32,000 nucleotides of DNA from Massilicoli timonensis (GTDB taxonomy: Bacteria > Bacillota_I > Bacilli_A > Erysipelotrichales > Erysipelotrichaceae). A program made the position numbers and the translations under genes. How positions within the stretch are numbered: position 1 is the stretch's first letter; each line of letters starts with the position of its first letter. This document shows positions 9,505 through 19,840 of this stretch, one piece after another. The notes below the pieces were generated by a model, which saw only the letters and a program-made list of their open reading frames with translations, made no database searches and had not been told where the DNA came from. Location: the NCBI RefSeq assembly GCF_900199515.1, contig NZ_LT963434.1, positions 1,622,180-1,654,179 on the forward strand. Reading direction: 5' to 3'.

Positions 9505-11001
9505 ATGAAGCGAAATTACCTCGTTTTGGGTGGATGCGTCATGGCAGCGCTTTTGCTTACGTTCATACAAATGATGTTCGATTCACCTGTTTTATCGAAA
9601 GCAACTGCGAAGCAGCTGAATGATGAAACGATCCCGCTGATCGAGCAGAATGTGATTTCTGCCGCATCTAAACCGTATGAGGTCAAGATGCTTTATGAAA
9701 ACGAACAGGTGATCGGCGTACTGAAGCAGGAGGAAAAATTAGATGCACTGTTAAAAAGCGTATATGAAGAACAGTATCGCGATGATTTTCCGGATTCACA
9801 GCTGGCGCTTGGGAAAGATGTGCATGTTGAATCTACGCTCACTTCACTTGTCTATGAAGATAAGGATGATGAAATCTTAAACTATTTGAAAAAGAACGAT
9901 CTATTTTCGGTCGAAGTCAATCAAGTCATCTTTTCCAATGGTGAACATGTTTATGTAAAAGATCTGGAGCTGTTTGAACAGGCGAAAGAAAACTATGTGG
10001 CTTCTTTTTTAGACGAAGAATCGTATCAAACCTTGAAGGATGGAAAAGAAACACCTTCCTTACAGACATACGGTGAGCGGTTTACCGGTTATGAAATTAT
10101 CGAAAATGCCAATTATACAAAAGGTTTTGCGCCGGTATCGGATATTATTTTGACAAAAGAGGAAGCGGCGATCTATTTCGCATATGGCATGGAATATGAA
10201 GAAGAGTATTACACGACGCAGGAATATGATACGGTGCAAGGTGTGGCATGGCTAAACAGCATGGATGTTTCCAGTCTGCTGGCGATCAATTCTTCGGTAT
10301 TGAAAAGTGAAAATCAGCTGCTGGCGATCGGCACGCAGTTAAATGTCGCCAAGCCGGATTCACCGATCCAAGTGAAGACGACAAAGGAAGTGCTGACAGA
10401 GGAAGTGATCTATGCTCCGGAAACCCAGTATATTTATGATGATACGCTGCGGGAAGGCATCAGCGAAGTGGTAACGGTCGGAGAAAACGGCAGCAAAGAT
10501 GTAACGTATGAGGTTACTTATATCAACGGCGTATGGCAATCCTCTGCCAAGCGCAGTGAAAAGATCACGAAAAATCCGGTGCAGGAAGTCGTACGTGTCG
10601 GTACGAAGGTAGAACCGAAGATCGGCAGCGGTGTATTTGGCTGGCCGGTCTACAATCCGATGGTCAGCTGCGGCTGGTACTGTTATGGCGGGCATCAGGC
10701 GCTCGATGTGCAGAATGCATATAACCGTTATGATAAAGTGCTTGCCAGCGACCGCGGCGTCGTGATTGAAAATTCCTACCGTTCGATCAACGGCTATTAC
10801 ATGATCATCGATCATAACAATGGTTATCAGACTTACTATGGACATATGTCCGGTCCAGGTTTCTTCCCGGTCGGCGCTACGGTTGCCAAAGGTGAAGTGA
10901 TCGGCAATATCGGTATGACCGGACTTGCGACTGGGCCGCATGTCCACTTTGAGATCAGGCTGAATGGGCAGCAGGTCAATCCTGCCTTATATCTGAACTG
11001 A
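9505..11001 (+). CDS. Secreted or anchored M23 (LytM-type) peptidoglycan endopeptidase with G5 and LysM-like domains
   Basis: N-terminal hydrophobic anchor and a LysM-like stretch (YTTQEYDTVQGVAWLN...). G5-like segment (VKTTKEV...ENGSKDVTYEVTYINGV...VVRVGTK). M23 motifs HQALDV, YYGHMS and GPHVHFEIR. Confidence 0.85.
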   Translation: MKRNYLVLGGCVMAALLLTFIQMMFDSPVLSKATAKQLNDETIPLIEQNVISAASKPYEVKMLYENEQVIGVLKQEEKLDALLKSVYEEQYRDDFPDSQLALGKDVHVESTLTSLVYEDKDDEILNYLKKNDLFSVEVNQVIFSNGEHVYVKDLELFEQAKENYVASFLDEESYQTLKDGKETPSLQTYGERFTGYEIIENANYTKGFAPVSDIILTKEEAAIYFAYGMEYEEEYYTTQEYDTVQGVAWLNSMDVSSLLAINSSVLKSENQLLAIGTQLNVAKPDSPIQVKTTKEVLTEEVIYAPETQYIYDDTLREGISEVVTVGENGSKDVTYEVTYINGVWQSSAKRSEKITKNPVQEVVRVGTKVEPKIGSGVFGWPVYNPMVSCGWYCYGGHQALDVQNAYNRYDKVLASDRGVVIENSYRSINGYYMIIDHNNGYQTYYGHMSGPGFFPVGATVAKGEVIGNIGMTGLATGPHVHFEIRLNGQQVNPALYLN

Positions 11002-11741
11002 TGAAATTCGCTTTGCTTGCCAGCGGTTCAAGAGGAAACTGCTGCATCATCAAACATCAGGATGCCCAGATCTTGATCGACTGCGGAACGACTCGTAAAT
11101 ATTTACATAGCTGCTTTGCGAAGCTGCAATATGACTATCATCAAGCAGATGCGCTGTTAGTAACACATAATCACAGTGATCATATTTCACAGATCAAGCT
11201 GTTTCAAGATCATAAGAAATATGGTCCGGAAGCGATCGAAGAGCAGGAAATACAGATCGTATCACCTTATGAGGAATTTGATGTCGGCAGTATCCATGTG
11301 CAGGTACTGCCGATGTCGCACGATGTATCCTGCGTTGGCTATGTACTGCATGCCGGTGATGAAAAACTGGTATATATTACCGATACCGGCTATATCAAAG
11401 CCGAAGTGAAGCCGTATATCGAAAATGCGGATTATTATATTTTTGAAAGCAATCACGATATTGAATTGCTGATGCAGACGAATCGTCCGGTCTATGTCAA
11501 ACAGCGCATCATCAATGACTGCGGTCATTTATGCAATGATGAAAGCGCCACGATCTTGGCGCAGATCATCGGTGATAAAACGAAAGAAATCGTCTTGGCG
11601 CATATTTCGCAGGAAGGCAACACGCGTGCATTGGCATTAGAAACCTTGCAGGCTTGTTTGCAGGCACATGGGATCGACAGCAGCCGCTTCAAGCTGCATG
11701 CGGCAGGACAGTTTGAAATCTATCTGGGAGGAAAACGATGA
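11001..11741 (+). CDS. walJ: MBL-fold metallo-hydrolase, YycJ/WalJ-like
   Basis: LASGSRGNC...LIDCG and the HxHxDH motif (THNHSDH). It overlaps the peptidase stop by 1 nt and overlaps rlmH in an ATGA junction. The position next to rlmH matches Bacillus yycJ. Confidence 0.7.
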   Translation: MKFALLASGSRGNCCIIKHQDAQILIDCGTTRKYLHSCFAKLQYDYHQADALLVTHNHSDHISQIKLFQDHKKYGPEAIEEQEIQIVSPYEEFDVGSIHVQVLPMSHDVSCVGYVLHAGDEKLVYITDTGYIKAEVKPYIENADYYIFESNHDIELLMQTNRPVYVKQRIINDCGHLCNDESATILAQIIGDKTKEIVLAHISQEGNTRALALETLQACLQAHGIDSSRFKLHAAGQFEIYLGGKR

Positions 11742-12211
11742 AGCTGGTCGCGGTTGGAAAAGTGAAAGAAAAAAGCATGCGCAGCCTGCTTGACGAATAT
11801 GCGAAACGGATCAGCGCCTATACCAAATTGGAAATCATTGAAGTAGCGGATGAGATTGCCCCGGAAAGCAATTCCGCCGCTCAAAATGAGCAGGTCATGA
11901 AAAAAGAAGGCGAACGTCTTTTGGCTAAGATAAAGGATGGGGAATATGTGATCTTATTGGATCTGCATGGAAATGCAATGAGCAGCGAGCAGTTAGCGGC
12001 TAAGATCGATCAGATATTCACCTATCAGACAAGCCAGATCACGTTTGTGATCGGTGGTTCATTAGGCTTGAGCGATGCTGTGATCAAACGCGCCGATCTG
12101 CGTTTACAGCTATCGACAATGACGTTTCCCCATCAGCTTTGCCGAGTATTGATCTTAGAACAGATCTATCGTGCGTTTAAGATCATGAATCATGAACCGT
12201 ATCATAAATAG
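11738..12211 (+). CDS. rlmH: 23S rRNA (pseudouridine1915-N3)-methyltransferase RlmH
   Basis: 157-aa SPOUT protein with the typical MKL..VGK.K start and the C-terminal FPHQL.R..L.EQIYRA motif. Confidence 0.92.
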   Translation: MKLVAVGKVKEKSMRSLLDEYAKRISAYTKLEIIEVADEIAPESNSAAQNEQVMKKEGERLLAKIKDGEYVILLDLHGNAMSSEQLAAKIDQIFTYQTSQITFVIGGSLGLSDAVIKRADLRLQLSTMTFPHQLCRVLILEQIYRAFKIMNHEPYHK

Positions 12212-12281
12212 AACGATAGAAACCTTTGTCAAGAAGCTTTTATTGGACTCATATTTTTATGAAACATAGGATAGAACGAGA

Positions 12282-12326
12282 AAGGCAGAAAGATCACTTT
12301 ACAAAAAGTAGATCCTTCTGCCTTTT
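12282..12326. terminator. Rho-independent terminator after rlmH, possibly also serving convergent clpP
   Basis: 14-bp stem with one mismatch (AAGGCAGAAAGATC / GATCCTTCTGCCTT), a 15-nt loop, then TTTT on the + strand. The T tract on the - strand is weaker. Confidence 0.6.
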
Positions 12327-12486
12327 ATCATACAAAATGATATAGTAGGTTTAGGAATGTGCTTTACGACAATGACAAATACATATATCAAAAAAGATGT
12401 CGTTTTATGATAGATGCAAGTCGCCTTCATGAGCGTGGCTTGGCACCAGCCTGCATGTTTTCTTTCGTTGGAAATCAGTATGAGCG

Positions 12487-13074
12487 TTATTGCTCCTGCA
12501 TCGAAGTGATGATGCGATCGGCAATGCCATAGGAAACCGCCGTTTTTGCATCCATATAATGATCACGATCACAGTCCTGTTCGATCACTTCTACTTCTTT
12601 GTTACAGGCATCCGCCAAGATTCGATATAACCGTTTTTTCATCGAAGCGATATGCGCCGCTGCGATTTCCATGTCCTTCGCCTGTCCGCCGATCTGTCCT
12701 AACGGCTGATGGATCATCACTTCACTGTTCGGTAATAAAAAGCGCTTGCCTCTTGTTCCCGCCGCTAACAGCACGGCTGCCATGCTGGCGCACATCCCCA
12801 TATCAATGGTAATGATCTCATTGGGAATGTATTGCATGATGTCATAAATAGCCAATCCGGCACTGACGCTGCCGCCCGCTGAATTGATATATAAAATGAT
12901 CGCCTCGCTGCTTAAACCGGAAAGATAAAGCAGCTGTGCGCAAATGCTGCTGGAAAGCTGATCATCGATCTCCCCGCTCAACAGCACGATACGCTCCTTC
13001 AAAAGACAGGAGTACAGATCATAGACCCGTTCATGCGCGCCTTCTCTTTCGATCACCGTTGGTACGATCCACAT
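12487..13074 (-). CDS. clpP: ATP-dependent Clp protease proteolytic subunit
   Basis: VIEREGAHERVYDLYS...LLKERI, catalytic Ser context GMCASMAAVLL, His context MIHQP, and Asp in DRDHYM. Confidence 0.93.
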   Translation of the reverse strand: MWIVPTVIEREGAHERVYDLYSCLLKERIVLLSGEIDDQLSSSICAQLLYLSGLSSEAIILYINSAGGSVSAGLAIYDIMQYIPNEIITIDMGMCASMAAVLLAAGTRGKRFLLPNSEVMIHQPLGQIGGQAKDMEIAAAHIASMKKRLYRILADACNKEVEVIEQDCDRDHYMDAKTAVSYGIADRIITSMQEQ

Positions 13075-13165
13075 TTTATCACCCTCTTTTCATGCTTCAT
13101 TCTATATAAAGTATGTCTGGAACCGGCAAAAATATGCAGAAGCGTCCCATTTCACAAAGCAGTGA

Positions 13166-14287
<1,122 letters not shown>

Positions 14288-14307
14288 TTACATGCTTTGA
14301 TGAGCAG

Positions 14308-14337
14308 ACGGTATGGGAAATCTCATACCGTTTTTTT
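14308..14337 (+). terminator. Rho-independent terminator of gap
   Basis: 10-bp stem ACGGTATGGG / CTCATACCGT (one G-U pair), loop AAAT, then T7. Confidence 0.8.
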
Positions 14338-14570
14338 CATTTTATGTATTCCTTTCGTATTTCATACGAAACGCTGCTTTCATGATGACATGCCGGTTTG
14401 TTTGCCGTATAGGGGAAAGCGGCTTGCCGATGAAAACAGTTGCTTTCTTTATAACGTCTTTTGATCAACTGCATAGGATAAAGTATCTTTTCCTAATAAA
14501 GCGAAAAGATTCGGGCATACTCATCCATAAAGGGAAGGGTGTTTCCCGTCATATAAAAAGGAGACCAGCT

Positions 14571-14786
14571 ATGAAAGAAATCAACTATCAAGTAGAAATG
14601 ATCGATGTGCTGCATGATGAGAAAACGCTGATCAGCGGTCTGAAAGAACTGCGCGGCGTCATCTCGGTAAATGTGGATCTGCCTCATCAGGAAATCCGTA
14701 TTTTTTATGATGAAACGGTTTGTCAGACTTATCAGATCGAAGAAAGACTGCACCATCTGCAATATGATTTCACCTTGCGCAGATGA
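14571..14786 (+). CDS. Small hypothetical protein (71 aa), HMA/ferredoxin-like pattern without metal-binding cysteines
   Basis: ATG 14571 follows AAAAGGAGA. The sequence (..LISGLKELRGVISVNVDL..QEIRIFYDE..) resembles a heavy-metal-associated fold but has no CxxC motif. The upstream part of the track ORF (14313-) overlaps the gap terminator. Confidence 0.4.
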   Translation: MKEINYQVEMIDVLHDEKTLISGLKELRGVISVNVDLPHQEIRIFYDETVCQTYQIEERLHHLQYDFTLRR

Positions 14787-14818
14787 CAGAAGAAAGCGTG
14801 ATCCTCATTGTTTTTTAG

Positions 14819-14847
14819 TTGAAAGGGCAATCGCGTCATGCTATACT
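14819..14847 (+). promoter_or_regulatory. Promoter of the cysS T-box leader
   Basis: TTGAAA (14819-14824), 17 nt, extended -10 TGcTATACT (TATACT 14842-14847). Confidence 0.55.
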
Positions 14848-14854
14848 ATAAGAA

Positions 14855-15070
14855 ACCAAAGATAAGGGACGAGTAGCCACAGGATAAGCGCATAGAGAGG
14901 ATCTGGCCGGTGAAAAGATTTCGCGGACTTGTGAGGAATGCACCTTTTAGGGTTTTTTCGATAATGTAGAAAAAAACGTAGATCGGCGTTACTCGATAAA
15001 TAAGTGGAATCAAAGCGTTCAAGTAGAGTGGGACCGTGCGAACTGCACCTCTATATTGACGTTTTTTTTA
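14855..15070 (+). promoter_or_regulatory. T-box riboswitch leader, cysteine specifier (UGC)
   Basis: Stem I elements AGAGA (14894-14898) and distal GGTGAAA. Specifier context GAA-TGC-A (TGC 14939-14941). T-box core AGAGTGGGACCGTGCG (about 15024-15039). A terminator helix CGTTCAAGTAGAG...CTCTATATTGACG is followed by T8 (15062-15069), just upstream of cysS. Confidence 0.8.
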
Positions 15071-15088
15071 TGAATCAGGAGGAACGAT

Positions 15089-16420
15089 ATGAAATTATTT
15101 AACAGTATGAGCAGGGAAGTGGAGGAATTTCAGCCAATCCATGAAAACCAGGTAAACATGTATGTGTGCGGACCGACGGTCTATAATCATGCACATATCG
15201 GCAATGCCAGACCGATCGTGGTGTTTGATACGCTGCGCAAGACATTTGAGATGCTGGGCTACCAGGTAAAAATGGTATCCAATTATACCGATGTCGATGA
15301 TAAGATCATCAAAGCGGCGATCGAGCGCCACATCAGCGAAAAAGAAGTAACCGAGGAATTTATCAAGGCTTATAACGACGTGCGTTTGCAGCTGCATGCG
15401 AAAATGCCGGATGCGGCGCCAAAGGTAACGGAAACGATGGACCGCATCATTGCGTTTATCGATATTCTGGTAAAAAAAGGCTATGCATATGTGGTAGATG
15501 GAGATGTGTATTTCAGAGTCGGTGAGGTAAACCAGTATGGCGGCTTATCACATCAGCAGGTCGATGATCTGGTGGTCGGTGCGCGCATTGATGAAAACAG
15601 TAAAAAGGAAAATCCGCTTGATTTTACTTTGTGGAAAGCGACGGAGGAAGGAATCCGATGGGAATCGCCATGGTCGCTTGGACGCCCGGGCTGGCATACG
15701 GAATGCGTGGTCATGATCAATAAGGAATTCGATGGTGAACTGATCGATATTCACGGCGGCGGCATGGACTTGAAATTTCCACACCATGAAAATGAGATCG
15801 CCCAGTCTCGTGCGGCTTTCGGCAATCCGATCGCCAATTATTGGATCCATAACGGCATGGTAAATATTGACGGAGAAAAGATGTCAAAATCATTAGGCAA
15901 TGTGATCTGGGCAAAGGATATGATCGCTAAAATCGGTGCGAATGTACTGCGCTGGGTGATGCTGTCGGCACATTATCGCGGGCCGCTAAATATCAATGAA
16001 GAAGCGATTGCCACGGCGAGCAAAGAATTGGAGCGTATCAGTAAATCCATGACGCAGGCTTATGTGAAAGCAGGCTTGGCCGGCGTAGAATTACAAGGAG
16101 ATGCGGCAGAAATCTGGGATCGATTCCTGGAAGCAATGCAGGATGATCTCAATACGCCAAATGCAGTGGCATGCGTTTTTGAAGCCAATAAGCAGCTCAA
16201 CCAGGCGCTGCGTCAAAAAGAGGTGGACTTTGCATGGATCGGCAGCCTGATGAAGGCGCTGGAACAGATGCTTTATGTGCTGGGAATTGAAATTCCGAAG
16301 ACAGTGCTGGGTGAAGAAGATAAAGCGATTTTCGCAAAATGGAATGCGGCGAAAGCGGAAAAGCAGTTTGAGGAAGCAGACCGTTACCGCATGATCTTGA
16401 TTGAAAGAGGTTTGTTGTAA
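15089..16420 (+). CDS. cysS: Cysteine--tRNA ligase
   Basis: HIGH motif (HIGNAR) and KMSKS motif (KMSKSLGN), with class I architecture. It is preceded by the Cys T-box. Confidence 0.95.
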   Translation: MKLFNSMSREVEEFQPIHENQVNMYVCGPTVYNHAHIGNARPIVVFDTLRKTFEMLGYQVKMVSNYTDVDDKIIKAAIERHISEKEVTEEFIKAYNDVRLQLHAKMPDAAPKVTETMDRIIAFIDILVKKGYAYVVDGDVYFRVGEVNQYGGLSHQQVDDLVVGARIDENSKKENPLDFTLWKATEEGIRWESPWSLGRPGWHTECVVMINKEFDGELIDIHGGGMDLKFPHHENEIAQSRAAFGNPIANYWIHNGMVNIDGEKMSKSLGNVIWAKDMIAKIGANVLRWVMLSAHYRGPLNINEEAIATASKELERISKSMTQAYVKAGLAGVELQGDAAEIWDRFLEAMQDDLNTPNAVACVFEANKQLNQALRQKEVDFAWIGSLMKALEQMLYVLGIEIPKTVLGEEDKAIFAKWNAAKAEKQFEEADRYRMILIERGLL

Positions 16421-16809
16421 TGCGGGCTGACGCGATGAATGCGACCTCGCTTGCTTATATCGGGGATGCACTGATGTCGCTTTATGTACGGGAGTATTTA
16501 TTGTCGCAAGGCTATCAAAAGCCAAACGATCTGCAAGTGAAGAGCACTTATTATGTGAGTGCCAAAGCACAGGCGCATTATGTGAAGATCTTGATGGAGC
16601 AGTCATTTTTTCGGGAAGCAGAGTTGGAAATCATACGTCGCGGCCGCAATGCGCATACGGTTACGAAAGCCAAAAACGCCGATGTAATGACATATCGCAT
16701 GTCTACCGGTTTTGAGGCGCTTTGGGGATATCTGTATCTGAATCAAGAGCAGGCGCGATTGGAAGAATTGTGGGAAGCGGTAAAAAAGATAGGAGAAGTG
16801 AAGCGATGA
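16420..16809 (+). CDS. mrnC: Mini-ribonuclease III
   Basis: LAYIGDALMSLYVREYLL and the GFEALWGYLYL RNase III-like signature. TAATG junction with cysS. The order is conserved as cysS-mrnC-rlmB. Confidence 0.85.
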   Translation: MRADAMNATSLAYIGDALMSLYVREYLLSQGYQKPNDLQVKSTYYVSAKAQAHYVKILMEQSFFREAELEIIRRGRNAHTVTKAKNADVMTYRMSTGFEALWGYLYLNQEQARLEELWEAVKKIGEVKR

Positions 16810-17531
16810 CGCAATATGTATATGGGAAGAATGTCGTCCACCAGCTATTGAAAGAACAAAAACGCATCTATGAGGTGATCGTAAGCGAGGGGCTGAAGGA
16901 TCGGGAATTGATCAAAGCGCTGAAGCAGCGGCATCTTACGATTCGCAGTATGCCGCGCAAACAAATGGATCGGCTGTTAAAGACAGAGCATCATCAGGGA
17001 ATTGCGGCTTGTATCGATGATTACAAGACTTATTCGCTGGAGGAACTATTGGAAACGATACCGGAAGGAAAGACGCCGTTTTTGATCATGCTGGATAACT
17101 TAGAAGATCCACATAATCTGGGGGCGATCCTGCGTACTTGTGATGCGGTTGGTGCAGATGGTGTGATCTTGGCGAAAAATCGCAGCGTTTCTTTGAACCC
17201 GACGGTCGCAAAGGTATCGACCGGTGCGATCGATACCGTAAAAGTCGCTGTGGTAAACAATTTATCACAGACGCTGGTGCGTTTGAAAGAAAAGGGATTT
17301 TGGGCAGTAGGAGCTGATCTGGAGCAATCGATCGATTATCGGGAAGCAGATTTTACCGTTCCGCTGGTGCTGGTCGTCGGCTCGGAAGGCTTTGGCATTC
17401 GTCCGCTGGTACGCAAAAACTGTGATTACTGCGTACGATTGCCGATGGTCGGCACGATCACTTCCTTAAACGCTTCGGTCGCCTGCGGCATCCTTCTTTA
17501 CGAAGTATTTAATCAGCGCGATCATCGCTAG
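16806..17531 (+). CDS. rlmB: 23S rRNA (guanosine-2'-O)-methyltransferase RlmB (TrmH/SpoU family)
   Basis: Start at Met29 of the track ORF (MTQYVYGKN...), in an ATGA junction with mrnC. SpoU motifs are LDNLEDPHNLGAILRT, VVGSEGFGI and LNASVA. Confidence 0.88.
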   Translation: MTQYVYGKNVVHQLLKEQKRIYEVIVSEGLKDRELIKALKQRHLTIRSMPRKQMDRLLKTEHHQGIAACIDDYKTYSLEELLETIPEGKTPFLIMLDNLEDPHNLGAILRTCDAVGADGVILAKNRSVSLNPTVAKVSTGAIDTVKVAVVNNLSQTLVRLKEKGFWAVGADLEQSIDYREADFTVPLVLVVGSEGFGIRPLVRKNCDYCVRLPMVGTITSLNASVACGILLYEVFNQRDHR

Positions 17532-17579
17532 ATAGAATAATTATTTGGGAAACGTAAAAATACGTTTTGGGAGGAATCA

Positions 17580-18188
17580 ATGGGGAAGAAGAAAACAGGG
17601 AGCGCTGTGCGCCCCAATGACTATGAATTGTTGTATTATGGGTTACAAAATCAGGAAAGTGCATGGAATTTATTGCATTGTTCCTATCAATCGCTTATTG
17701 AGATCGCTTTGTATCGCTGGAACGCTTATTTCACTGAGGAAGAACGAAAAGAACTGAAACAGGAGTGTTTTCATTCTCTTTCACTTGCCTTGTATGAATA
17801 CCGCGAGGATCAGGGCGCATCATTTTACACTTATGTTTCTAAGCGGCTGGAGAATGTCATTGTTTCTTATGTGCGCCGCCGTCAGGCATTAAAGCGCAAA
17901 GCGATGGTGCATGCTTATTCACTTGATGTCAGCATCAATGAAAAAGAGAGCTGTTATTGGATCGATCAGATACGCAATGATCAATGGGAGTTTGAAGGTG
18001 TTTTGAAATTACGCTGGAAGGAAGCGCAAAAGCAGGAAGAAGCGATCTTGCGTACATGCAGCGAACTGGAACAAAAGATCTTTCGCTATCATCGCTATGG
18101 CTATCGGTATGATGAAATAGCGGCGATCCTACATACGACTAAGAAAAAAGTCGATAATACGATACAAAAGATTCGCAAGAAACTTTGA
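17580..18188 (+). CDS. sigH: Sigma-70 family sigma factor, SigH-like by position
   Basis: 202 aa with region-2-like (FYTYVSKRLENVI) and region-4 HTH (YDEIAAILHTTKKKVDNTIQKIRKKL) segments. It lies between rlmB and rpmG-secE-nusG, as in Bacillus. The yacP gene is absent. Confidence 0.65.
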   Translation: MGKKKTGSAVRPNDYELLYYGLQNQESAWNLLHCSYQSLIEIALYRWNAYFTEEERKELKQECFHSLSLALYEYREDQGASFYTYVSKRLENVIVSYVRRRQALKRKAMVHAYSLDVSINEKESCYWIDQIRNDQWEFEGVLKLRWKEAQKQEEAILRTCSELEQKIFRYHRYGYRYDEIAAILHTTKKKVDNTIQKIRKKL

Positions 18189-18193
18189 TTTCA

Positions 18194-18222
18194 TTGACTA
18201 GCACGGCACTTTATGTTACAGT
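18194..18222 (+). promoter_or_regulatory. Candidate promoter for rpmG-secE-nusG
   Basis: TTGACT (18194-18199), 17 nt, extended -10 TGtTACAGT (18217-18222). Confidence 0.4.
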
Positions 18223-18248
18223 TAATAAGCATAGAAAGAGGTGTAAAC

Positions 18249-18398
18249 ATGAGTGAAAAAGTAATTTTGACATGCACGCGCTGCCTTTCTCGTAACTATA
18301 CGACACATAGAAATAAGAAGACCAATACGCAGCGTCTGGAGCTGAAAAAGTATTGTAAAAAATGCGGAGAGCATACGATTCACAAGGAAACGAAATAA
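18249..18398 (+). CDS. rpmG: 50S ribosomal protein L33
   Basis: 49 aa with a zinc ribbon CTRC...CKKC and the ending HKETK. SD GAGGTG is present. Confidence 0.92.
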   Translation: MSEKVILTCTRCLSRNYTTHRNKKTNTQRLELKKYCKKCGEHTIHKETK

Positions 18399-18410
18399 GG
18401 AGTGAATGAA

Positions 18411-18587
18411 ATGAAATGGTTTAGTATTGCCGGAATTCGGGCAGAGGTGCACCGAATCCGTTGGCCTAAGATGAAGGATCTGATTGCGAACAGCGGTTCG
18501 GTTATTTTCTTTACCGCTGCATTTGCGCTGTTTTTTACTTTGTGCGAATGGATTGCAAAAACGTATTTGCACTTCATCGGACTTTAG
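18411..18587 (+). CDS. secE: Preprotein translocase subunit SecE
   Basis: 58 aa with the EVHRIRWPKMKDL motif followed by a single TM helix. ATG 18411 lies 8 nt after AAGGAG. Confidence 0.85.
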   Translation: MKWFSIAGIRAEVHRIRWPKMKDLIANSGSVIFFTAAFALFFTLCEWIAKTYLHFIGL

Positions 18588-18599
18588 GAGGAATGCGTT

Positions 18600-19148
18600 G
18601 TGAGTGAAGGAAACAAAGAATGGTATGTCGTAAATACCTATGCCGGACATGAAAACAGGGTAAAAGAAAATCTGGAACGCCGTATTGAAACGATGGGATT
18701 ACAGGATTTCCTGTTTCGTGTCGTCGTGGCAGAAGAGACGGAAATCGAATATAAAAACGGCAAGCAGGTCGAAAAAGTACAGAATCTGTTTCCCGGCTAT
18801 CTGTTTGTGGAAATGAACATGACCGATGAGGCATGGTATACGGTGCGTAATACGCCGGGGGTTACCGGATTTATCGGATCCAGCGGGGGCGGGGCAAAGC
18901 CTTTCCCGGTAGCGGAAGATGAAATTGAGGCGATCCTGCGCCGTCTTGGCATGTCTGATCGCAAGGTAAATGTCGATTTTGCGGTAGGTGATCGTGTTAA
19001 GATCCTGAACGGTCCGTTTGCGGGTTCGGAAGGAACAGTGGAAGAACTGCACGATGACGCACAGGAAGCAGTGGTATTGTTGATCTTATTCGGACGGGAA
19101 ACACCGACAGAGATCGGTTACGGCGAACTGGAAAAAGTAGATTTATAA
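18600..19148 (+). CDS. nusG: Transcription termination/antitermination factor NusG
   Basis: NGN domain (WYVVNTYAGHENRVKENLE) and KOW motif (GDRVKILNGPFAGSEGTVEEL). GTG start 8 nt after GGAGG. Confidence 0.95.
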   Translation: MSEGNKEWYVVNTYAGHENRVKENLERRIETMGLQDFLFRVVVAEETEIEYKNGKQVEKVQNLFPGYLFVEMNMTDEAWYTVRNTPGVTGFIGSSGGGAKPFPVAEDEIEAILRRLGMSDRKVNVDFAVGDRVKILNGPFAGSEGTVEELHDDAQEAVVLLILFGRETPTEIGYGELEKVDL

Positions 19149-19153
19149 GAGCG

Positions 19154-19184
19154 GACTTTCATCGAAAGATGGAGGTCTTTTTTT
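19154..19184 (+). terminator. Strong rho-independent terminator of nusG
   Basis: 10-bp stem GACTTTCATC / GATGGAGGTC (some G-U pairs), GAAA tetraloop, then T7. Confidence 0.85.
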
Positions 19185-19255
19185 AAGCGGATCATTCGTT
19201 TGTTCCTTGCTTTTGTTTGAAGATGAATCGCTTAGGCGCATGAAAAACAAAGGAC

Positions 19256-19290
19256 AATAAAAAGGCGTGTATCACTTTATGGATACACGC
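19256..19290 (-). terminator. Rho-independent terminator of the HxlR-family gene
   Basis: Perfect 9-bp stem GCGTGTATC (19265-19273) / GATACACGC (19282-19290). The minus strand then reads CTTTTTATT. It lies 9 nt past the stop codon. Confidence 0.8.
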
Positions 19291-19298
19291 TGCTTCAT

Positions 19299-19634
19299 TT
19301 AATGTTGAGAATTTTGATAAGCCTCACCGAAGTCTCGCATGGCGTCCAGGATCGGATGCAGGCTTTTGCCTAATGCCGTCAAGGTGTATTCTACGCGCGG
19401 CGGTACTTCCGCATAAACGGTACGCGTCAGTAAACCGTTTTCCTCCATTGCTCGAAGCTGCGTGGTCAATACCTTTTGCGATACGGAGCCGATTGATTTT
19501 TTTAATTCACCAAAACGTTTTGTGCCGGTAAGCAAATCACGCAAGATCAGCACTTTCCACTTATCACCGATCAAAGTCAAGGTTGTTTCCACAGGACAAG
19601 CCGGTAGTGCTTTCACTGATTTTTGTTCAGTCAT
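19299..19634 (-). CDS. HxlR-family winged-helix transcriptional regulator
   Basis: CPVETTLTLIGDKWKVLILRDL..G.KRFGELKKSI..VSQKVLT.QLR.ME..GL..R.VY.EVPPRVEY.LT..G is the family signature, including the N-terminal Cys. Confidence 0.9.
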   Translation of the reverse strand: MTEQKSVKALPACPVETTLTLIGDKWKVLILRDLLTGTKRFGELKKSIGSVSQKVLTTQLRAMEENGLLTRTVYAEVPPRVEYTLTALGKSLHPILDAMRDFGEAYQNSQH

Positions 19635-19840
19635 CGTATCATCTCCTCTTAATAGTTTCTATCGGTAACTTTGTTTACAATTTTACCATACAGCCTCAAT
19701 GCAATCAAGAGGACCGATGGCTTATCATAAGCAGTATAAATGATAATACGGTTGAATAGATGCATGTTTATGTAAAAGCTAAAAATGGAGAATCTTTTAA
19801 TAGTATCTTTTTGGTAACTACAGTACAAAAAAGTGCTTAC

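Noticed and set aside
14338-14570. Hairpins (TTCGTAT-TTC-ATACGAA at about 14353-14369, and GGGAA-GGGTGT-TTCCC just before the SD), considered as a riboswitch or sRNA upstream of the 71-aa ORF.
   Set aside because: There is no match to any riboswitch core I know, no clear promoter/terminator pair, and the stems are short and AT-rich.
19185-19233. Imperfect inverted repeat AAGCGGATCATTC ... GAAGATGAATCGCTT between the nusG and HxlR terminators, considered as an att or IR scar of the islet.
   Set aside because: Only about 11 of 13 positions pair, the spacer is 21 nt, and I found no matching copy at the other side of the islet (around 23.87 kb). This is too weak to call.
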